Source of the DNA: a virus
Taxonomy: Duplodnaviria; Caudoviricetes
Strand: one strand, 5' to 3'
DNA: 27,663 nt
IMG/VR virus record: IMGVR_UViG_3300047382_000278
Location: 1 to 27,663 of that record
In this document: positions 23,846 to 27,663 of the stretch, in pieces
How positions within the stretch are numbered: the first letter of the stretch is position 1
How the letters are laid out: every line of letters starts with the position of its first letter
The notes under the pieces: generated by a model
Told to the model about the DNA's origin: nothing
Databases searched by the model: none
The model's input: only the letters and a program-made list of their open reading frames with translations
Translations under genes and position numbers: made by a program

Positions 23846-26137
23846 TTATATCTTGCATGATTCACAATCGTCGTCATCGATTGCTACTTGTTCTAATTCT
23901 GGTAGATCTTTAACTTCGATCTCCCCCTGTCCATCGTATGTGTTATTGTAATACAATTGCTTACCACCGTATTTGTAAAACATAATAACATGTTGTAGTA
24001 AAACACTCATTGGAATCTTTTCATCTTCGTAGTGTTCTGGATTGTATGATGTATTTACCGAAATACCTTGATCTATGTACTTCTGTAATACAGCCATAAT
24101 CTTTAAATATCCTTCTGGGCTCTTCTGATCCCACAGTAAATCATACTTGTTTTTTAACTTTGCATATTGTGGTACTACTTGTTTTAACACACCATGTTTG
24201 CTTTGCTTAATGCTTACAAAACTACGTGGTGGTTCAATACCATTTGTGCTGTTACTAATCTGTGCTGATGTTTCTGCTGGCATAAGTGCCATCAGTGTTG
24301 AATTACGAATACCAGTCTCTGCTAACTGCTTACGCAATCCTTTCCAATCTTGTCTTTCTTGATGCTTAACAAGTTCATCAACTTCCTGCTTATATGTTTG
24401 GTTAGGTGTAATACCTTTGCCATATTTAGTTTCTACTGTGCCAGGACATGCGCCTTTCTCTACTGCCAAGTCTGCACTGGCCTTGATAAGTGCATAACTC
24501 CATGCTTCAGCATACTCGTCAACAAGTTCTAAATTAGGCTCTTGATAATTGCTGTCATTCTTTGCTAACCAGAATGCAAAATTAATAATACCAACGCCTA
24601 ACGGTCTGCGTTTCATTGTGGCAAGTTCTGCCGCTAACACAGGATATTTTTGATAATCTAATAAAGCATCGAGACCTCTAACTGCTAAATCGCATGGCTT
24701 AGCAAAATCCTCAGGCTTCTTAATAAGTCCCCAATTGATTGCACTTAATGTACACAATGCTATTTCGCCATCAGCATCATCTGTGCTTGTTAATGGTTTA
24801 GTTGGCAAGTTAATCTCGCAACATAAATTGCTCATCTTTACTGGAGCAACTGCTTCATCAAAACTACTATGCGTGTTAGCATGATCAACATTCATCAAGT
24901 ATATTCTACCTGTGTCTTTACGTTCTGTTACAAACGCAGAAAACAAATCAATTGCTTTGATAGACTTCTTTTTAATACGTGTATTACGTTCTGCTGTTTC
25001 GTATAGCTCTTTAAATTTATCTTGATCGTTAAAGAATGTTTCGTATAATCCTGGTACGTCATGCGGTGAGAATAATGTAATGTCTCCACCACTTAATAAT
25101 CTTTCGTACATTAACTTATTAAATTGTACACCATAGTCCATATGTCTTACACGGTTTTCTTCTGTACCTTTGTTGTTCTTTAACACCAACATGTCTTCTA
25201 TTTCTAAATGCCAAATAGGATAGTATAGTGTTGCCGCTCCGCCTCTTACTCCACCCTGTGAGCATGACTTAACTGCTGATTGGAATAGTTTATAGAAGGG
25301 GATAACTCCTGTGTGAGTTGCGTCTCCACTCCTAATAGGCGAGCCAATTGCTCTAATGTTGCCGGCTCCTATACCAATACCTGCCTTTTGACTCACATAC
25401 TTAACAATACTTGATGTAGAAGCATTAATACTATCGAGACTGTCATCAGTTTCAATGAGAACGCAACTACTGAATTGTCTTTGCGGAGTTCTAACGCCAG
25501 CCATAACAGGAGTAGGCAAACTAATATAATGTAAACTAACTGCATCATAATAATCTTTTACTGTTTGTAATCTTGTTTCTTCCGGGTAATCACTGAACAA
25601 TGTTGCCGCAATTAACATGTATGCTACTTGTGGTGTTTCAAATATTTCACCTGTGCTTCTGTTCTGCACAAGGTACTTACCGCGGAATTGTTCCATAGCC
25701 GCATAAGTCAAACTTTCATCGCGAGTGTGATCTATGTGGTCATTCAATTCATCAATTTCTGCTTTTGTATAAAGTTCAAGTATTTCTGCATCATAAAATC
25801 CTCTGTCTACATTAACTTGTATGAGATCACATAAGCAATACGGTTCAAATGCGCCATACACTTGCTTACGTAAATGATAGTTAATTAGTCTACCTGCTAC
25901 AAATTGATAGTTTGGAGTTTCTTCCGTGATTAAATCTGCGGCACTTTTAATAAGTGTCTCTTGGATATCAGTACTTGTTATACCACTGTAAAACTGAATT
26001 TGACTTTTGATTTCTACTTCTGATGCTGATACACCAGTAATGCCTTCACAAGCATGGAACACTACCTTATGCAGTTTATCGAGCTCTAAGTCTTCTTTTG
26101 TACCGTCTCGTTTTGTGATAAGAATCTGCTTCGACAT
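23846..26137 (-). CDS. nrdA: Ribonucleotide reductase class Ia alpha subunit
   Basis: N-terminal ATP cone (ITKRDG), QFSSC, SNLCCEI, LYY, C-terminal CESCKI. Confidence 0.98.
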   Translation of the reverse strand: MSKQILITKRDGTKEDLELDKLHKVVFHACEGITGVSASEVEIKSQIQFYSGITSTDIQETLIKSAADLITEETPNYQFVAGRLINYHLRKQVYGAFEPYCLCDLIQVNVDRGFYDAEILELYTKAEIDELNDHIDHTRDESLTYAAMEQFRGKYLVQNRSTGEIFETPQVAYMLIAATLFSDYPEETRLQTVKDYYDAVSLHYISLPTPVMAGVRTPQRQFSSCVLIETDDSLDSINASTSSIVKYVSQKAGIGIGAGNIRAIGSPIRSGDATHTGVIPFYKLFQSAVKSCSQGGVRGGAATLYYPIWHLEIEDMLVLKNNKGTEENRVRHMDYGVQFNKLMYERLLSGGDITLFSPHDVPGLYETFFNDQDKFKELYETAERNTRIKKKSIKAIDLFSAFVTERKDTGRIYLMNVDHANTHSSFDEAVAPVKMSNLCCEINLPTKPLTSTDDADGEIALCTLSAINWGLIKKPEDFAKPCDLAVRGLDALLDYQKYPVLAAELATMKRRPLGVGIINFAFWLAKNDSNYQEPNLELVDEYAEAWSYALIKASADLAVEKGACPGTVETKYGKGITPNQTYKQEVDELVKHQERQDWKGLRKQLAETGIRNSTLMALMPAETSAQISNSTNGIEPPRSFVSIKQSKHGVLKQVVPQYAKLKNKYDLLWDQKSPEGYLKIMAVLQKYIDQGISVNTSYNPEHYEDEKIPMSVLLQHVIMFYKYGGKQLYYNNTYDGQGEIEVKDLPELEQVAIDDDDCESCKI

Positions 26138-26186
26138 GTGTCTTCCTGTAATTGTTTGTTTGTGTCTATTAATAATCTAAGACTTT

Positions 26187-26215
26187 ATTTTATACTACTT
26201 TACTTATCTTGTCAA
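26187..26215 (-). promoter_or_regulatory. sigma70-type promoter of the nrdAB operon
   Basis: TTGACA (26215-26210), 17 nt, TAAAAT (26192-26187). Confidence 0.75.
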
Positions 26216-26649
26216 GTGAAAAGTTTATCTGCAGTTATAATGTGTGAGACAAACCTGGTGCAGTTCTCATAAGCATGGGCAAGAGGAATAATTTGCCCTG
26301 GTGTAAAATTATAACACAGATTTTCTTGAATTAAGATAAGTCCATCTGTTCCTGTTTCAAAATTACTTATCGCTTCTAACCGTATTTCTGAAGTATTAAT
26401 GAAGTTAAAATGATGCAATGTGGCTGTAATAACTAACGTCAAACCGGACTGACAGATATAGCCTTCTTTGACTATTTCAAATACATTAGGCCAGTCTTTA
26501 GGTGTCCAGTAATCTATATATCGGGGAGTTACTTTTACATCTGCAAAGGCTTCAAGTATACCTTCCGGACCTTGTGAGATGTCATAGTTGGTTCTGAAGT
26601 TGCGCCATGCGGCCAGGCGGCTTTCGCCGGTCATAGTTTTTTCAAACAT
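26212..26649 (-). CDS. Hypothetical protein
   Basis: 145 aa; RLAAWRNFR, WPNVFEIV..G..C. Confidence 0.7.
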   Translation of the reverse strand: MFEKTMTGESRLAAWRNFRTNYDISQGPEGILEAFADVKVTPRYIDYWTPKDWPNVFEIVKEGYICQSGLTLVITATLHHFNFINTSEIRLEAISNFETGTDGLILIQENLCYNFTPGQIIPLAHAYENCTRFVSHIITADKLFT

Positions 26650-26652
26650 AAT

Positions 26653-27663
26653 CTATGCTGTACTTGACCAACGCTTCGCAACATACTTCATGCGGAGTGT
26701 TGATTGTAATGTGTGTACTGCTTCTTGTCCTACTGTTGGATTTGCTGGATCTGAATATTGTAAATCCATTTTTAGTTCTATGAAATTACCATTCATTGTT
26801 GCTTCAAACTTAGGCTCAACAACTGGATTAGAATGTGTAAGATCCCAACTACTACTAAATCTATCACCAAATACAACTGCTGTTGTCGGAGAAGTAGTCC
26901 AATCTGGTCTTGCACTAATCTGCATTGTTCCCATTCTCAAATACTTATTAGGTAAGCCTGCTGACTCAGTAATTGTGTAATCAAGAACGAATGTATTGTA
27001 AACACTTGCATCTAAACTAATGATAACATCATTTTGATTGTTTGATTCAAGTATAGTAACAACTTCGAGACTTTCGTAAGTTTCTAATTTTTCACCAAAA
27101 CTTGCCGCTTCTCTTGTTTGTATTTCAAGATTGTTTTTGAGATTTATTAAACCTTTTGTTCCATTTGTAGTATCCTGTGTTTTATCAAACGTTGATACTG
27201 CATATAAATTGTTTACTAATGTATTAAAGTTTCCTGCTTCTTCTCTTGAACTAAAGAACAACTCGTTATAAGTGTTGTCAATTTCTACATCATATGAAGT
27301 AAAATGACTTGGTACACCTGTCTTACCGTTGTATAATGATTTTGCGTTTGTGTCATTATAAGGGAATGTAGAATATTGAGAACCGCCATGGAATACTTTT
27401 GCAAACAACTGTACATCTCTGCTGTTTACTAAACTGTTCATCCAACGTTCTAACTTGGCTTTTACTGTGCTGTTGTTCCTGTTGTATTCACCTGCTGTTA
27501 GACCCAACGTACTGCACGTAGCAACGTTTTTGTCTTCATGGAGTACAAACTCCAGTCCGCCTGCACTAACACTGCTAAAACCTGGTCTTTGACTAAAGTA
27601 TACAGCATTAAATGAACTATCGGTTTGCGGTAGTTCTCTTAAATTTGCAAATATAGTTGACGG
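26653..27663 (-). CDS. C-terminal part of a large probable virion structural protein (start lies beyond the window)
   Basis: Frame stays open from 27663 (PSTIFANLRELPQ...) through the track's 27507 start. N/S/T-rich with a beta-rich C-terminal domain. Confidence 0.6.
   Translation of the reverse strand, partial: PSTIFANLRELPQTDSSFNAVYFSQRPGFSSVSAGGLEFVLHEDKNVATCSTLGLTAGEYNRNNSTVKAKLERWMNSLVNSRDVQLFAKVFHGGSQYSTFPYNDTNAKSLYNGKTGVPSHFTSYDVEIDNTYNELFFSSREEAGNFNTLVNNLYAVSTFDKTQDTTNGTKGLINLKNNLEIQTREAASFGEKLETYESLEVVTILESNNQNDVIISLDASVYNTFVLDYTITESAGLPNKYLRMGTMQISARPDWTTSPTTAVVFGDRFSSSWDLTHSNPVVEPKFEATMNGNFIELKMDLQYSDPANPTVGQEAVHTLQSTLRMKYVAKRWSSTA

Noticed and set aside
22736-26137. Introns, inteins or homing endonucleases in nrdA/nrdB
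   Set aside because: Both genes are uninterrupted and of normal length.
1-27663. CRISPR array, IS element, integrase or stop-codon recoding
   Set aside because: No spaced repeats or transposase motifs were seen. Known genes are full length in the standard code, with TAA, TGA and TAG all used as stops.

Overview
AT-rich, densely coding segment of a large T4-like (myovirus-type) phage genome, probably infecting an aquatic heterotrophic proteobacterium (inference from AOX, class Ia RNR and T4-type late promoters). 1-8.5 kb (+): late-promoter block of probable head-associated modular proteins, interrupted by an alternative oxidase, a cupin, an SGNH-like protein, a 2OG-Fe(II) hydroxylase and an SDR. 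8.5-19.4 kb (mostly -): GH6 glycoside hydrolase, GrxD, peptide deformylase, SWIM protein, HD alarmone-hydrolase-like protein, small genes behind consensus sigma70 promoters, a DEDDh exonuclease, two glycosyltransferases, three more SGNH-like proteins, four tRNAs (Ser, Gly, Ala, Thr), an HEXXH protein and a PP-loop protein. 19.4-21.3 kb (+): subtilase coupled to a PAAR protein. 21.2-27.7 kb (-): a radical-SAM-like protein lacking its Cys motif, an Sm-like protein, glutaredoxin, nrdB, nrdA and a partial structural gene. Main signals: an ATAAATA-N5-ATG leaderless late-gene architecture, apparent avoidance of GCWGC, candidate protease-cleaved head polyproteins, and several degenerate enzyme folds. 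All family calls come from motif recognition by eye; no searches were run.
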